A stretch of 64,000 bases of DNA from Octopus sinensis (lineage: Eukaryota): NCBI RefSeq assembly GCF_006345805.1, contig NC_042999.1, positions 43,710,001 to 43,774,000 of the forward strand, in the 5' to 3' direction. A program made the position numbers and the translations under genes. The notes beneath the pieces are model-generated. The model saw only the letters and a list, made by a program, of their open reading frames with translations. It did not search any database and was not told the DNA's origin. Below, one piece after another: positions 24,850-38,089 of this stretch (positions are counted from its first letter, which is position 1; the number at the start of each line of letters is the position of its first letter).

Positions 24850-25405
24850 GGTTTGTATGTATGTATATTTGTATGTGTGTATGTATTATATATGTATATG
24901 TTTGTATATATACATCTATATGTATTATGTATGTATATGATGTATGTATATAATGTATGCATATATTTGCATGCATATATGTATATATGTATGTATGTGT
25001 ATGTATGCATGTATTATGTATGTATATATATATGTGTATGTATATATGTATGTATGTATATATGTATGTATGTATATATTTATGTATGTATATATGTATA
25101 TGTATGTATGTATGTATATATATATGTATGTATGTATATATATATGTATGTATGTATGTATATATGTATGTATGTATATATGTATGTATGTATATATGTA
25201 TGTATATATGTATGTAAACCGTGATGGAAATTGGTTTTAGGAAACAGTGGGTACGCTAAAGAACACGAGGCTGATGTCGAGAGGCAGGAGTGTTTAAACA
25301 CTATAAACCCTCCTCTATACATGAAAAGAATAGTAAAGAAAGCCATCCCTACACATTCTCTCATTTTCAAAACTGTATGTACGTAAGTACGTACGTACTT
25401 ACGTA

Positions 25406-25481
<76 letters not shown>

Positions 25482-25482
25482 C

Positions 25483-25519
<37 letters not shown>

Positions 25520-25779
25520 GTATGTATATATTTATGTATGTATATATTTATGTATGTATATATTTATGTATGTATATATACGAATGTGTGTGTGTATATA
25601 TATATATATATATAATATATATATATATATATGTATGTATGTATATATGTATGTATATATGTATATGTTTGTATATATACATCTATATGTATTATGTATG
25701 TATATATATATATATACACACACATGCATGTATTATGTATGTATATATACGATGTGTGTGTGTATATATATATATATAC

Positions 25780-25860
<81 letters not shown>

Positions 25861-25910
25861 CACACATTCGTATATATACGTACATAATACATGCATACAT
25901 ACGTGCACGC
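24850..25910. repeat. Compound TA/TATG/CA microsatellite field with internal direct and inverted duplications
   Basis: gtatatgtttgtatatatacatctatatgtattatgtatg occurs near 24895 and 25662; cgaatgtgtgtg (about 25581) is mirrored by cacacattcg (about 25861). Confidence 0.85.
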
Positions 25911-26234
25911 ACACATATAATTGCTTATTCGTTGCATTTGGTAACCATGAACATTTACAGATGCTTATAATAATTTATAAATTTTTGAATTAGTTTGAAT
26001 TAACCGTCTTGCGAACGGTCACGTGAAACTCTGAGCAACGGTTTTTAGTGAAGTTTTTTTTTCGGCTTCAATAAAACGGTGTGTGTGTGTAAAGGGTGTT
26101 GAGGTTGGTAAATGGGTGTGTGAGTCTGCGTTCAAGAATATTTTTTTCGAATTATGTAAAAATCTGGGTCAAAATCATGATGATGTTAAGTAGTGTGGGG
26201 GGGGGAAAGGAAAAGAGCATGTGTGTGAAAGAGG

Positions 26235-26271
<37 letters not shown>

Positions 26272-26811
26272 GGGGGCAGACAGAGATGTAGAGGGAAGAA
26301 AGAGAACAACTGGTAATGTGGAAAAGAAAGGTCAGTCAAGATTCTAACGTGAAGCCATTTGCACAAAACTATTAGAGAAAGAGAGAGGGAGGTAGATAGA
26401 TAGATAGATGAAGAGAGAGAGAGAGGGAGGGAGAGAGGGAGAGGTGGAGCAAATAATAAGAAAGTCATGTACAGTTGCGGTGATGGCGGTAGTGATGACG
26501 TGGTAATGGCTGTACCATGATTGTAGTGGTGGTGGTGGTGGTAATGGTAATGATGAGGATAATGATGCTGGTCTTGGTGGTGGCGGCGGCGGTGGGGTTT
26601 GGTAGTGGTGTGTGCTCGCGATTGGCGGATGTAATTGATGTCATAACGGTCTGAGAAGTTGGAACAATGCCACCGATTGGTCGAGTGGGAAGTTCTACCC
26701 GACAACAACAACAACAACAACAGTAACAACAATATTAGTAATAAAAACAACATCAAGAAAAAAAAACCCAACAAATAATGATTTCTTTATTAAGTACAAA
26801 AGTTTTGCAGC

Positions 26812-26842
<31 letters not shown>

Positions 26843-26988
26843 GGTGGTGGCGCTGGTGCTTAAGAATGTCTGAGAGAGGTCTCCATTAAGACAGGCTATT
26901 TGTTGTTTCTCTTGGCTGAAAATTATACTTTTAATTTCACTGATATTTGAATAAAAACCGTTAGTAGACACAGAATAAAGGAAAGGGT

Positions 26989-27029
<41 letters not shown>

Positions 27030-27119
27030 CGAAGAAGAATTAGTGGAGAAAGATGAAGAAAGGTATTAAGAAAAGGTGGAATCACATTTAACATACACGG
27101 GGTCACAATCATACTTACA

Positions 27120-27122
27120 TAA

Positions 27123-27183
<61 letters not shown>

Positions 27184-27300
27184 GCTATCTATTTATCTAC
27201 CTATCTGTCTATCTATCTATTTGCCCGTCTGCCTGCCTAGCTATCTCATATACATACATACATACATACATACATACATACATACATACATACATGCATA
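27120..27300. repeat. (ATCT)n and (ACAT)n microsatellites
   Basis: Directly visible. Confidence 0.95.
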
Positions 27301-27303
27301 CAT

Positions 27304-27632
27304 AAAGCTGAACTATTGAGAAATCTGCAGTTACTCTATCCAGGCTACAAGTTCAAGTATATACCTGTAATTATTGGGACCCTGGGATATGTAACACTGC
27401 CTAAATACCAATCTTGAGAAATTAGGCTACTAAAACCAGAAAGGAGAAAGCCAATTCGAAGACTACAGATCCAATCCATAACTGGAACTGTAAAAATCTT
27501 TAAAACTTTCCAGAAGTTTATCATTTAAGCATATATGAGCATGTCTAGATATGCAACTGTATGCATAAGAATACATACATAAAACATACAAATCTGTACG
27601 TATATACATACCTACACACACACTCACACACA

Positions 27633-27671
<39 letters not shown>

Positions 27672-27792
27672 CATACATACAAACAAAAATACCCTGTTGT
27701 TGATGTTGAAATTCCAATGAAGGAGCCTTGGATCTAAATTAGAAACCGGTTCTTTCACTTTGTCAAAAAATCTTGAAATAAACTGAATAATA
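27304..27792 (+). mobile_element. RLE-type (R4/Dong-like) LINE 3' end, family 1
   Basis: AELLRNLQLLYP..KF C-terminus and 3'UTR homologous to 52705-53100. Confidence 0.85.
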
Positions 27793-27834
27793 ACATACAT
27801 ACACACATACATACATTCATACAAAGTAAACGAT

Positions 27835-28155
27835 AAAGACCCCCTTTGGTCATAAATGAACATGAGATTGCACCTTGAAAGTTCCCCTCCGAGGCACAAG
27901 TCCGGGCAAGGTTGTTTATGGAAGACCAGCAGTTGCCCATGCAATCCAGTCTCCCTTCTCCATTCCACCGATGTTATCCAAGGGAAGGCGAGGATTGATA
28001 CAGCTTGGCATCTGTATTCAGTTCTACAGCTGAGTGAACAGGAGCAACGTGAAAGATAAAGTGTCTTGCTCAAGAACACAACATACAGCCCGATCTGAGA
28101 ATCGAACTCATCATCTCATGAGTGTGAGCCCGATGCTCTAACCACTGAGCCATCA
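27835..28155 (-). mobile_element. SINE-F
   Basis: tRNA-like head with gagttcgattct; body and tail homologous to 53512-53755 and 58120-58460. Confidence 0.85.
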
Positions 28156-28439
28156 TATATATGTATGTATATATACATACATACAGAAAGAAAGAGAGAG
28201 AGAGAGAGATACACGCGCGCATACAGAGAAATTTTGCAAGATAGAACAAGGTTGCTTCGGGCCTTACCTCGGAAGGGAATCGAGCCTTCTCTCCCCATCG
28301 GAAATACCCTGGGTACTTCCGTGGATCTTCGAGCCTCCGTCTGATGTGCTTGCTGAACCCCTCTCTCATAGGCCTTGTACCAGTAATTACTTGTATACTT
28401 GAATACGTTAGTAAATATTTAGTGGGAGCATCGAAAAGC

Positions 28440-28545
28440 TTGTTCTTAGACAAAGAAAACGATCAGATGACATGCATTTTGCTAACACAGCTTGTAAGCA
28501 GAACAGTAAAAATATGCAAGACATTTCGAAGCTTCAACACGTAAA
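28440..28545 (+). mobile_element. RLE LINE C-terminal fragment
   Basis: TVKICKTF motif shared with the other RLE LINE copies. Confidence 0.55.
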
Positions 28546-28663
28546 TTCTTCACCACTAGTGAAGTCTGAGAAAATTCTACGAGTTCCGCTAGTAAAAACT
28601 GGGTAACTAGTTATCTATTGTGAAAGTGCAGACGATGACAAGTGGTAGGCAAGAAATAGATAG

Positions 28664-28855
28664 ATAGCTGGCAGAATCGTTAGCACGCTGGGTAAAATTC
28701 TTAGCGGTATTTCGTCTGCCGCTACGTTCTGAGTTCAAATTCCGCCGAGGTCTACTTAGCCTTTCATCCTTTCGGGGTCGATTAAATAAGTACCAATTAC
28801 GCACTGGGGTCGATGTAATCGACTTAATCCGTTTGTCTGTCTTTGTTTGTCCTCT
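28664..28855 (+). mobile_element. SINE-B with truncated tail, fused to a 62-bp copy of 26880-26941
   Basis: Family match ending at gtcctctcc, then an identical copy of unique upstream sequence. Confidence 0.88.
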
Positions 28856-29279
28856 CCATTAAGACAGGCTATTTGTTGTTTCTCTTGGCTGAAAATTATA
28901 CTTTTAATTTCACTAGGGAACATTTGAACTCAGAACGTTAAATCGCAAATAATTCATTCCATTTATTTAGGAATAGATGTCAGAATCAAATAGTCTTTCG
29001 AATTAGACTATTCCATTAGCAACACAGTAAATAGGAAGTGTATAAACAGATTGTTAAATACAAGATGGTAGAAAGAAAAAGAAAATAGTATTTTTACGCA
29101 AAATAGGCCTTCTTAAAGTTTTTTTTTTTTTTTTTAGCCTCCTTGGACAAATTTAATCCCTGAAGTAGACAAAATTTACTGCAGCAGGGAATCCCTAATA
29201 TAAACAGTCCGATTGAGTACCTAGGCCACTTTAACTGTACTGAAGTTGATGGTTGTCCATGGAAGTCGAACTGAAGGTA

Positions 29280-29830
29280 CCATATTTTCCGTAATACAAA
29301 TCGCTTCTTTTCAGCTCAATATTTACAGCCCCCAAAGGTAGGTCAACTTATACACTAAGATTATTTTGAAGGATCAAAAATTCCTTGTGAAATGCAGCAG
29401 GATTTGAAAAGATAGTGAGGATGTTTAAATGTTTATACACTTCTTGTCCGCAATTCGGCATATAACAAAAGCTTAGTAACCTGTCAATTCTCTTTATGCT
29501 TACTTTGTGTTCCTATCTGTGAGCGACCATAATCGTAAGCAAAGGGAAAAAATTAAAAATCAAATTTGAAATAAACATTATTTCTAATGGAAGCTTTTTC
29601 CTTTATTTCATCTTTTTCATCCTGTTCCAGAATCTTCCATTCCCCTCTGTTTTCTGTGCAAGCTTTGGTGATCCGATTCATCCCAACCTTGATGACGTCC
29701 CAATTTCTCAGTAAAGACAAGTGACCAATAAGCGTGGGTCAACTTATACAACGAGTATAGATTTAAACGTTAATTGTTGTTTTTTTTTTTACTAGGAAAT
29801 CTACCTCGTCTTATATGCCGAAAAATACGG
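29280..29830. mobile_element. pogo/Tigger-like non-autonomous DNA transposon
   Basis: TA-flanked termini ccatattttccg / cgaaaaatacgg; subterminal ggtcaacttatac occurs twice. Confidence 0.5.
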
Positions 29831-30564
29831 TACATTAATAGTTAGACTTACGCGTATTGTCTTTAAGGGTTGGTAATAAACCTTCAAATTTCTCCAGAAA
29901 TACATTTTCATACCGAACTAATTCATACTCTTTGCTTTCTTATTGATCTGGCTTATTTGCTGATGTTGGATCAAAGAAACCAGAATGCCTTGGGACTCCC
30001 TTTTTTGGGACACTTGTGCCAATGTACTCTTGGCGTGTTAATTATTTGGCAATGATGGACCATACATTTTCATCCATCTATCGATAATATATATATATAT
30101 ATATACACACACAGTAATATATATTATATATCTATTATATAAGCACACACACATACATACAGTAGACAAGCACATCTATATGTAATACATATATACATGT
30201 GTATGTATGTACTTATGTGTGTGCGGGTATATATACATACGTGTGTGTGAGAGAGAGAGAGAGAGAGAAAGTGGTGTTTGTGATTGTATATAGGTATTGA
30301 AACGTGTGTGGTTGTGTGTGTATGTATTTCCAAAAATTTGAAAAGTCAGTTATACATTCATTACCCATTAGTCGCATTGTATGTGTGTGTGTGCGTGTGT
30401 ATGGTTGGGAGTGTGTAAGTATGTCGGGGTGTGTCAGTGTGTAAGAATGTGCTTCAAATATTTGACTTCACGCATTTCTGTACGTATGTATGTATGTATA
30501 TATATATATATATATATGTAGAATATATATATCTATATATATATATATATAATATATATATATA

Positions 30565-30597
<33 letters not shown>

Positions 30598-31150
30598 TGT
30601 ATGTATGCACACCACACACACACATATTATGTCTCTCTGTGAAGTAATTTTTTAGCAATATCCTTTCCACTAATTTGTTGAAACAACACTAGTCTGTCCG
30701 TTAATAAAGGGCACAGAAATAATACACAAACATACACAACACACACACACACACACACACACATACATATAAACACGCGTACACAAGCAGAATTAAAGTA
30801 TCCAATAACTGAAGAGAACGATAACATAAACACTTGTATAATGCAACAATAATGACGTAATGTAGAGGAAACGTGGATGAAAGTAGGAAAGGCAACGTTA
30901 AGAATTCGTTAAAGTTACCGCCATTTTTGAATTGCGTACTTTGCAATGCATTTTTCTTTTCATTTCTTTTTTTTTATTTTTCTTTAGCCCCAGGTTAGTT
31001 TTGACCGAATAGACAGTTGATCAATGATATTCGAGCAGTGATTTTTCCACGCTTTCTTTTGTGGTCTGTGAGAACTAAAATGTCTAAACTCTGTCCTTTT
31101 CTTATCTCTGCCTGTAAAGTGTGTAGTGTGATTGAAATTTGCCTAGCATA

Positions 31151-31186
<36 letters not shown>

Positions 31187-31289
31187 TGTGTATATATATA
31201 TGCATAAATGTGTGCATGTATATGTGTGCATATATATATATGTGTGTGTGTATGTATATATATGCATAAATGTATATATTCTTCTATTC

Positions 31290-31630
31290 TTTTACCGGTT
31301 TTAGTCATTTGATTGCGGCCATGCTGGAGCGCCACCTTTAGTCGAACGAATCGACCCCAGGACTTATTGTTTGTAAGCGTAGTACTTATTCTATCGGTCT
31401 CTTTTGCCGAACCGCTAAGTTACAGGGACATAAACAGGCTAACGTTGGTTGTCAAGCGATGGTGGTGGGACAAACTTATATATATATATACGACGGGCTT
31501 TTTTCAGTTTCCACCTACCAAATCTACCGACGCTATAGTAGAAGATACTTGCCCAAAGTGCCACGCAGTGGGACGGAATCCGAAACCATGTGGTTGGGAA
31601 GCAAGCTACTTACCACACAGCCATTCCTGC
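31290..31630 (-). mobile_element. SINE-A with an internal deletion
   Basis: Family match. Confidence 0.88.
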
Positions 31631-31679
31631 CGCTATATATATATATATATACTAAGCAATAAAGGGTTAGCAACGAATT

Positions 31680-31884
31680 GCCTTACCCATACCGAATTTA
31701 TATATATATATATATATATATCTATATATATATATATATAATATATTATATATATATATAATATATATATACGCGTAAATGTAAACACACACACAGAAAC
31801 TATAAATTATAGGACTCAGTACAAGTGTGTGTGCATGTATGTATGTATGTACGTACGTATGTATGTATGCATTTATCTATCATC

Positions 31885-31950
<66 letters not shown>
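31680..31950. repeat. (TA)n, (TATG)n and (ATCT)n microsatellites
   Basis: Directly visible. Confidence 0.9.
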
Positions 31951-31952
<2 letters not shown>

Positions 31953-32792
31953 CCGTCTGGTTCAGTTTCTTTCTAAATTAACCGCCATATTCAAACTGCG
32001 CGTTTTGTAACGGTTTTGTTTTTTGCTCTCACTTATTTGTTTCGCCTCTTTAGTTTTTGGTTGTTTTGTATTTAGTTATCTTTCTTTTCTTCCTTTCTCC
32101 TTTTTCTCATTATATGTTCAGCTTAATGTACTTCTCGCACACTCCTAAACGTCTACCCACACATTACCATGGTTTGGGTGGAGTAATTTTTTTAATGACA
32201 CCCAAAGTAGTTCATGTGGTTTTCTTCAAAAAGAATGGCTTCTTTTCACTTTCAAGTTGGTTTAACCTTTTAACTACGTAATTAAATTTCATGGTCATTC
32301 CCGTAATGATAATTATACACACACACACAAATAAAATTGATATTTTCTGCTCCTGCATTACATTTTTTTTCAGTATCTTTTTTAGGAACGGTTTTCATAT
32401 CCACCAATGAAAGTATTTGATTCTTGCTCTGTAAAGAGATATTTGATGAAATGTGTGAAAATATTATTTGAATCTTTTGTAAAAAAAAGTACCACTTGGG
32501 GTGTCTCCGCTTATCCGTACCTTACGGAGAGTTTTTTGTTTTTTTTTCAAAGCCATGGACGTAAAACCGCTTCCTACAGTTATATTTTGAAGAAATATAT
32601 CCACTTCCGTGTACAAAAGGTTAAATCAGTTTTTGTCATATATCTCACAAGGCGATATGGAATGTAAGAATTGAAAAAGCAATGGACAAACTGCTTTGTT
32701 TAATAAAATTAAGGTTTTAAATGTTTTTAAATTTGCCCAACACCAGGGCGAAGAAAGAATTTTATGGATACGGTCTCTATTTTTATCATCTC

Positions 32793-33178
32793 ACTAGCAG
32801 TATCGCCCGGCGTTGCTCAGGTTTGTAAGGGAAATAACTATAAAGCATTTTTAGAGAGTTATAGCCAAAAAATAGCAAAAAAATGGAAAAAAATTATGGT
32901 AAATTTTTTTTGATAGTTAAAAAAGGTGGAGTTGCGTCCCCTACACAGTTTGTGGTTTGTGTTCCTGATTCTCGACCCCATGTCGAATTTATCGACTTTT
33001 TTCAGAACTGGGGGAACTTTTCAAAATTTTCGCTGCGTTAGTTTTGAATTATGACATTGGGCTATGTGTGTGTCAAGTTTCATCAGAATCGGTTGAAAGC
33101 CGTGGTCAGGGTGAGGGTACAAGCAAACAGACACACAGAAACACGCACAGACAAACTGCCGTTTATATAGAGAGAGAT
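32793..33178 (+). mobile_element. DINE-1/HINE-like element, second subfamily
   Basis: First 65 bp or so near-identical to 21785-21850; ends acagacaaactgccgtttatatagagagagat. Confidence 0.6.
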
Positions 33179-33394
33179 TAAACCTTTGAACGTCGAAAGC
33201 GGATATATCCGCTCAAAATTTTCCAGTGCTCAAATTACAATATAATATTTTATTGTACTACATTTACAGTACCTGTATCTTATTGAGTTAATAAAGCTTG
33301 TTTTTTTTTTTACTTAAATGATATCATTTCCTCCTATTGCTCTCATTTCTGCTACATTCAGAATGTTAATGGATAATACTGATTTCAAATTTTA

Positions 33395-33572
33395 CCACAA
33401 GGTCAGAAATTTCAGGGGGGGGGGATTAGTTGATTTGGTATTTATTTTATCTACCCCGAAAGGATGGAAGGCAAAGTCGACCTCGGCGGAATTTGTACTC
33501 AGAGCACGAAGACGGACGAAATGCCGCTATGTATTTTGCCCGGCTCGCTAACGGTTTTGCCATCTCACCGCC
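33395..33572 (-). mobile_element. SINE-B
   Basis: ccccgaaaggatg.aaggcaaagtcgacctcggcggaatttg core. Confidence 0.85.
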
Positions 33573-34304
33573 CTGATATTGATGATAAGACTGTTTTAAT
33601 GTGTTTTGTAAGGTGCTTTGGTAATTTAAAATGTGATGATCAGATATCTTTAGAGTTCAGTTATCCGGCAATCTTCCGGTTCCTGTGGTGCCGGATAGGC
33701 AGGAGTTTATTCTACTTGACTTCTAACAACTTTACAAACCCTTAAATTTTATGAGAAAAATGGGTCACATGTGGATAAAATTCGACTTGATTAGCAGTTG
33801 AAACCTCGGAAAGATAAAAATGAATTAAGTCAGGCTCGACAGGATTTGAAATCAATACGTAAAGAGACATTATAAAGTATCGCAAGGCACTCTGAACGAG
33901 ACCGACCAAGTTTTACAAAGAATTGATTTCTCTATGTAAGCATAGCTCTGTGTTTAAGAAGACTCCTTGCCAACTACGTGGTTTCCTGTTCGATCCCATT
34001 ACGTGGCGTGTTGGCCAATACTTTATGAGTGGAATTTGGTGGATGGAAACTGTACGGAAACCCGTTAGAAGTTTCATTGCTGTTCTTGTAAGGTAGACTT
34101 AATCTGTTGCTCGGTTCAGCACCGCCATCTGGCCCTTTCCGGATTTCATTGGAGTTTGCTCTTTTTACAAGCATCCAAACCAAATCACCGACCTAAGGAT
34201 AAACTCCTACACTGCTTCTCTTTATCATGGATGCCCTAAAAAGGGCTATGAACGATACGTTTCTTCCTCTGAAGAAACTATTTAGAAAAATGCAGACTAT
34301 TTTG

Positions 34305-34745
34305 TCTTTTACTTGTTTTAGTCATTAGACTAAGGGGCCATGCTGGGGCACCGCTTAGAAGGATTCTAGTCGAACGAATCGACCCCGTATTTATTTATTT
34401 TTTTCGGCACTCATTCTGTTGGTCTTTTTTGCTGAACCCCTAAGTGATGGTGACTTAAACAAATCAACATCGCTTGTCAAGTGGTAGTGGATGACAAACA
34501 CAAACAGAAAGACACACACATACACGCGCGCGTGCGTGTGTGTATATAACCTTATAGGACCTTTATAAACAGGGCTAATTTAGCTGTTTCTCTGTAGATT
34601 GAAAAAGGTGGTGAACAACCTTAATCGACTTTCGAATATATGATTGGATTCTCTCATCTACACGACGGGCTTCTTTTAGTTCGCAAGGCTTTGATTAGCA
34701 CTCGGCTATAGTAACAGACACTTACTTGGGGTGCCTTACGGGTAC
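34305..34745 (-). mobile_element. Old SINE-A, interrupted at its microsatellite
   Basis: 3' half 34305-34545 and 5' part 34660-34745 with about 110 bp of unrelated sequence between them. Confidence 0.75.
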
Positions 34746-34897
34746 TAGCGTACCTAGGGGTGGGGCAGATGGTGGGGGCTGTCTGCCTCAGGCGGCACTT
34801 TTGTGTCTACTGTAGGCAATATGTGTTGCTTTTGTGGGGTCCGAGGGCGGCAAACGGAAGGGCCGCCCCGGGTGAACACACTCTAGCTACGCTATTG
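34743..34897. mobile_element. Possible MITE (TAGCGTAGCTAG-type TIRs)
   Basis: tagcgtacctag / ctagctacgcta termini; a related terminus occurs at 51782. Confidence 0.4.
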
Positions 34898-35214
34898 CTT
34901 ACGGGGGTCTGAACACACATATACTGACCCATATATATATATATATATGTATGTATAAAAAATATATATAAAAATGCAAAATGGGACAAGAACGCAAAAC
35001 ACTCAAATAGACGACACAAAAAAAACGGACGGGTCTTTCGAAACCTCTAATCTTCAGTTAAGAACCGGATCATCCTCGCAATTTCGGCTAATTAATCTTG
35101 AGATCGCTCCGATCCGGCCAGCCCCAAGGAAAAACTAAGCTACGAGCATTAGATTTCTTGGAAAAAGGATCGAATGTATACGAAACAAGGACACACACAC
35201 ACACACACACACAC

Positions 35215-35262
<48 letters not shown>

Positions 35263-35420
35263 AAAGCTTTTTTCCCTTTTCTACACATTTCATACTTGTC
35301 GACCTGATAACAAATATCGAAGATGTAAAGTTGTTAGAATCTCCCGCTTTTCATTATTTATTATTTCACAATGCTTCGACCTACAACGCCGCTCTTTCCT
35401 CCCTGCTCTCTAAGTATCTG

Positions 35421-35820
35421 TATTATTCTTAAACAAGAATATTATTGACTGTAACTCTGAAGTTTCGGCTAGTTAAGCCATCTTCAGAGTGCGATGCATT
35501 GAAGTTAATCTTGGCTTTACATAATCTCTGAGTTAAATTCTTCCTTGGGTATGTGAGTTTGAGTAGAGTGGTAATTAGGTTGTTATGGAGTGGTGTTTTG
35601 GAGAAAGTACTTTAAATCTTAAAAATTTCTTCAAAACACCTCTCCATAACAACTTACCCTACAACTTAATTACCGCTCTACTGAAACCCACATACCCAAG
35701 AAAGAATTTAACTCAACAGAGACTGAAGCCAAGATTACTTCAATGCAAGCAATCCGAAGATGGCTTAGCTGGCCGAAACTCCGAAGTCACTGTCAATAGT
35801 ATTCTTGTTTAAGAATAATA
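35421..35820. mobile_element. 400-bp imperfect palindrome of two inverted Penelope-like terminal repeats with hammerhead motifs
   Basis: Left arm is the reverse complement of the right arm (visually about 80% identical), centre about 35615; CTGAAGA..GCCGAAAC on minus at 35447-35492 and CCGAAGA..GCCGAAAC on plus at 35754-35794. Confidence 0.75.
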
Positions 35821-36398
35821 AATTTGTACTTTACAAAAGTATAGAGTAACCTATCAGATTAATTAAAATTTTTTATTATAATTGAACATAAACAAGCACA
35901 CACACACACACACATATGTATTTATATATGTATGTATATATGTATGTTACACATGTGAACGTGAACATACACTGTTAATCGGCAAAATGTTATAAAAGGG
36001 CCGAGGGTTTCGTGCATAGCACTTATCAAACCTAACTCTCGATCCTTGAATCACTTCCGTGACTTCCCGCCAATTAAAAATACAAGATGTATATAACTAA
36101 TATATTGAGTTCTGTTTATCTTGTTTATTCTGCCAAAACGTATATATACATACAGATACGTATGTATGTATATGCACGTATGTATGTATACATGTGTGTG
36201 TGTGTGTGTAATAATCTCTGGCTGCTTTTCATTTTCCGGGGGTGGGCAACGTAATAAATACCAGATGTGTACTGAGACGCTTTCACCGAACACATCCCCA
36301 ACTCCCATGAACATCACCGCCACCACCACCTCCTCCACCAGAGTTTCTGCGATTACCCGTTGTTGGAACATTGGTTCAAAACTGCAGCGGGCACTTTG

Positions 36399-36437
<39 letters not shown>

Positions 36438-36769
36438 TGTGTCTGTGTGTGTGCAGTTATAATCTTTCAGAAACATCTTTGCCATATCTTTTATTCTAGA
36501 ACTATAAATAATATGCATCAACTTTTCTGTGGTGAAAAGGTCAGTTAAATCTGACGCTGCACAGCATCCTACCGTCAGAACCACCACTAGCTCCATCATA
36601 TATACATAACTATGATGACATAATCTGAAGCAGTTACTTCCATCACACAATTACGTGGAGTAAATAAATATTTATCCATTAAATAAATGTATTTTTGCCG
36701 TTCTACTTGAAGTCAAAAACTAAAACTGGGCCATTTTTGCACAATGGACGTAACTGCATCACATTTCTT

Positions 36770-37185
36770 ATTTCTTTACTGCTCACAAGGGGATACACAC
36801 TGAGGGGACAAACAAGGATAGACAAACGGATTAAGTCGATTATATCGACCCCGAAAGGATGAAATGCAAAGTCGACCTCTTCGGAATTTGAACTCAGAAC
36901 GTAGCGGCAGACGGAATACCTACTTTTTTTACTACTCACAAGGGGCTAAACACAGAGAGGACAAACAAGGACAGACAACCGGATTAAGTCGATTACATAG
37001 ACTCCAGTGTGTAACTGGTACTTAATTTTTCGACCCCGAAAGGATGAAAGGCAAAGTTGACCTCGGCGGAATTTGAACTCAGAACGTAACTACAGACTAA
37101 ATACCTATTTCTTTATTGCCCACAAGGGGCTAAATACAGAGAGGACAAACAAGGACAGACAAACGGATTAAGTCGACTACTAATA
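36770..37185 (-). mobile_element. SINE-B array (three partial units)
   Basis: Junctions aatac|cta at about 36919 and 37105. Confidence 0.88.
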
Positions 37186-37220
37186 CCGAAAGATTGCTCC
37201 TTTTTTATGTGCAATACCAG

Positions 37221-37378
37221 CAGGGCCGTTTTAAAAAGAATTATAGGCCCCGGGCAAAGCAATGCAGAGAGGTCCTCTACATACCCGCCAACAGCATAAA
37301 AATATTAGCATTGGGGCCCCAGATCCTGTAGGACGTCAGAGCAACTGCTCCGTGTGCTCGTACCGTAAGATGGTACTG
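37221..37378. mobile_element. Possible decayed MITE (CAGGGCCG-type termini)
   Basis: cagggccgtttta / taagatggtactg imperfect TIRs. Confidence 0.35.
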
Positions 37379-38089
37379 CCATCTTGTACGTATGTGTTAA
37401 CGAGAGATAAATAAAAACTGGTTTCTCAAATTGGGGCTCTTCTTTTGCTTCAAAGATGCAAGCAAAATTCAGTCAAATCACATAATCTTCCATATTAACG
37501 AAAAAAACAACACATTCGGTAAGATAGTTCCAGTTCAGTTTGAAAATAAAATGGAAGTCACTACAATGACGACGATAGGGGCGGTAACTGCGGCAGTGGC
37601 GACGGTTGCAACGGCCGTGGCAAACAGTGACGGTGGTGGTGGCGATGGCCACAATGAAAATCAAACTGATATAGCTAATTTATACACAACCCATTAGCTT
37701 TTCTCTACATCACTGATTTTAGCCAGCATTAAGCTATATCGGTTTGACTGATTTCCGATTTGGTGGTGTTTGGCTGCCTGTTGCTGTTGATCCGCAATTT
37801 ACGGTGAAATCACGTGATAGAACAGTGCTATCTGCCGGTGCCGATGAAATTTTGTCAACTGATATAATCGGTGTTGTTTAGCATACGTCGTCTTCATGAG
37901 ATTTCTCGGGGCGTTGCTGCAATCAACAGCGTTATAAACAGCACATCCAACTTATCTAGTGCCCTTATATCTTTATAAAAGAGGATTTGGTACCTGAAAT
38001 ATTAGGAGCATTAAATATTGTCCTTATTCTTTAATCTTCTAAGTACAAATATACATGTATACATACGTACGTACATACATACATATAAT

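Noticed and set aside
24695-25970. Long ORFs rich in Y/I/C/V/M/H/T (also at 39622-40260, 42162-42580, 45403-45988, 48959-49537, 57709-58233)
   Set aside because: Translations of TA, CA and TATG microsatellites, which lack stop codons by composition.
27710-27760. RLE LINE 3'UTR as a hammerhead (CCAAUGA..GAAACCGGUU)
   Set aside because: Core deviates at essential positions (G5 replaced by A); a pseudoknot fits better.
36051-36650. 199-aa minus-strand ORF and the GC-richer patch at 36200-36400
   Set aside because: Crosses two microsatellites, shows no domain motif, and I could not find consistent splice sites.
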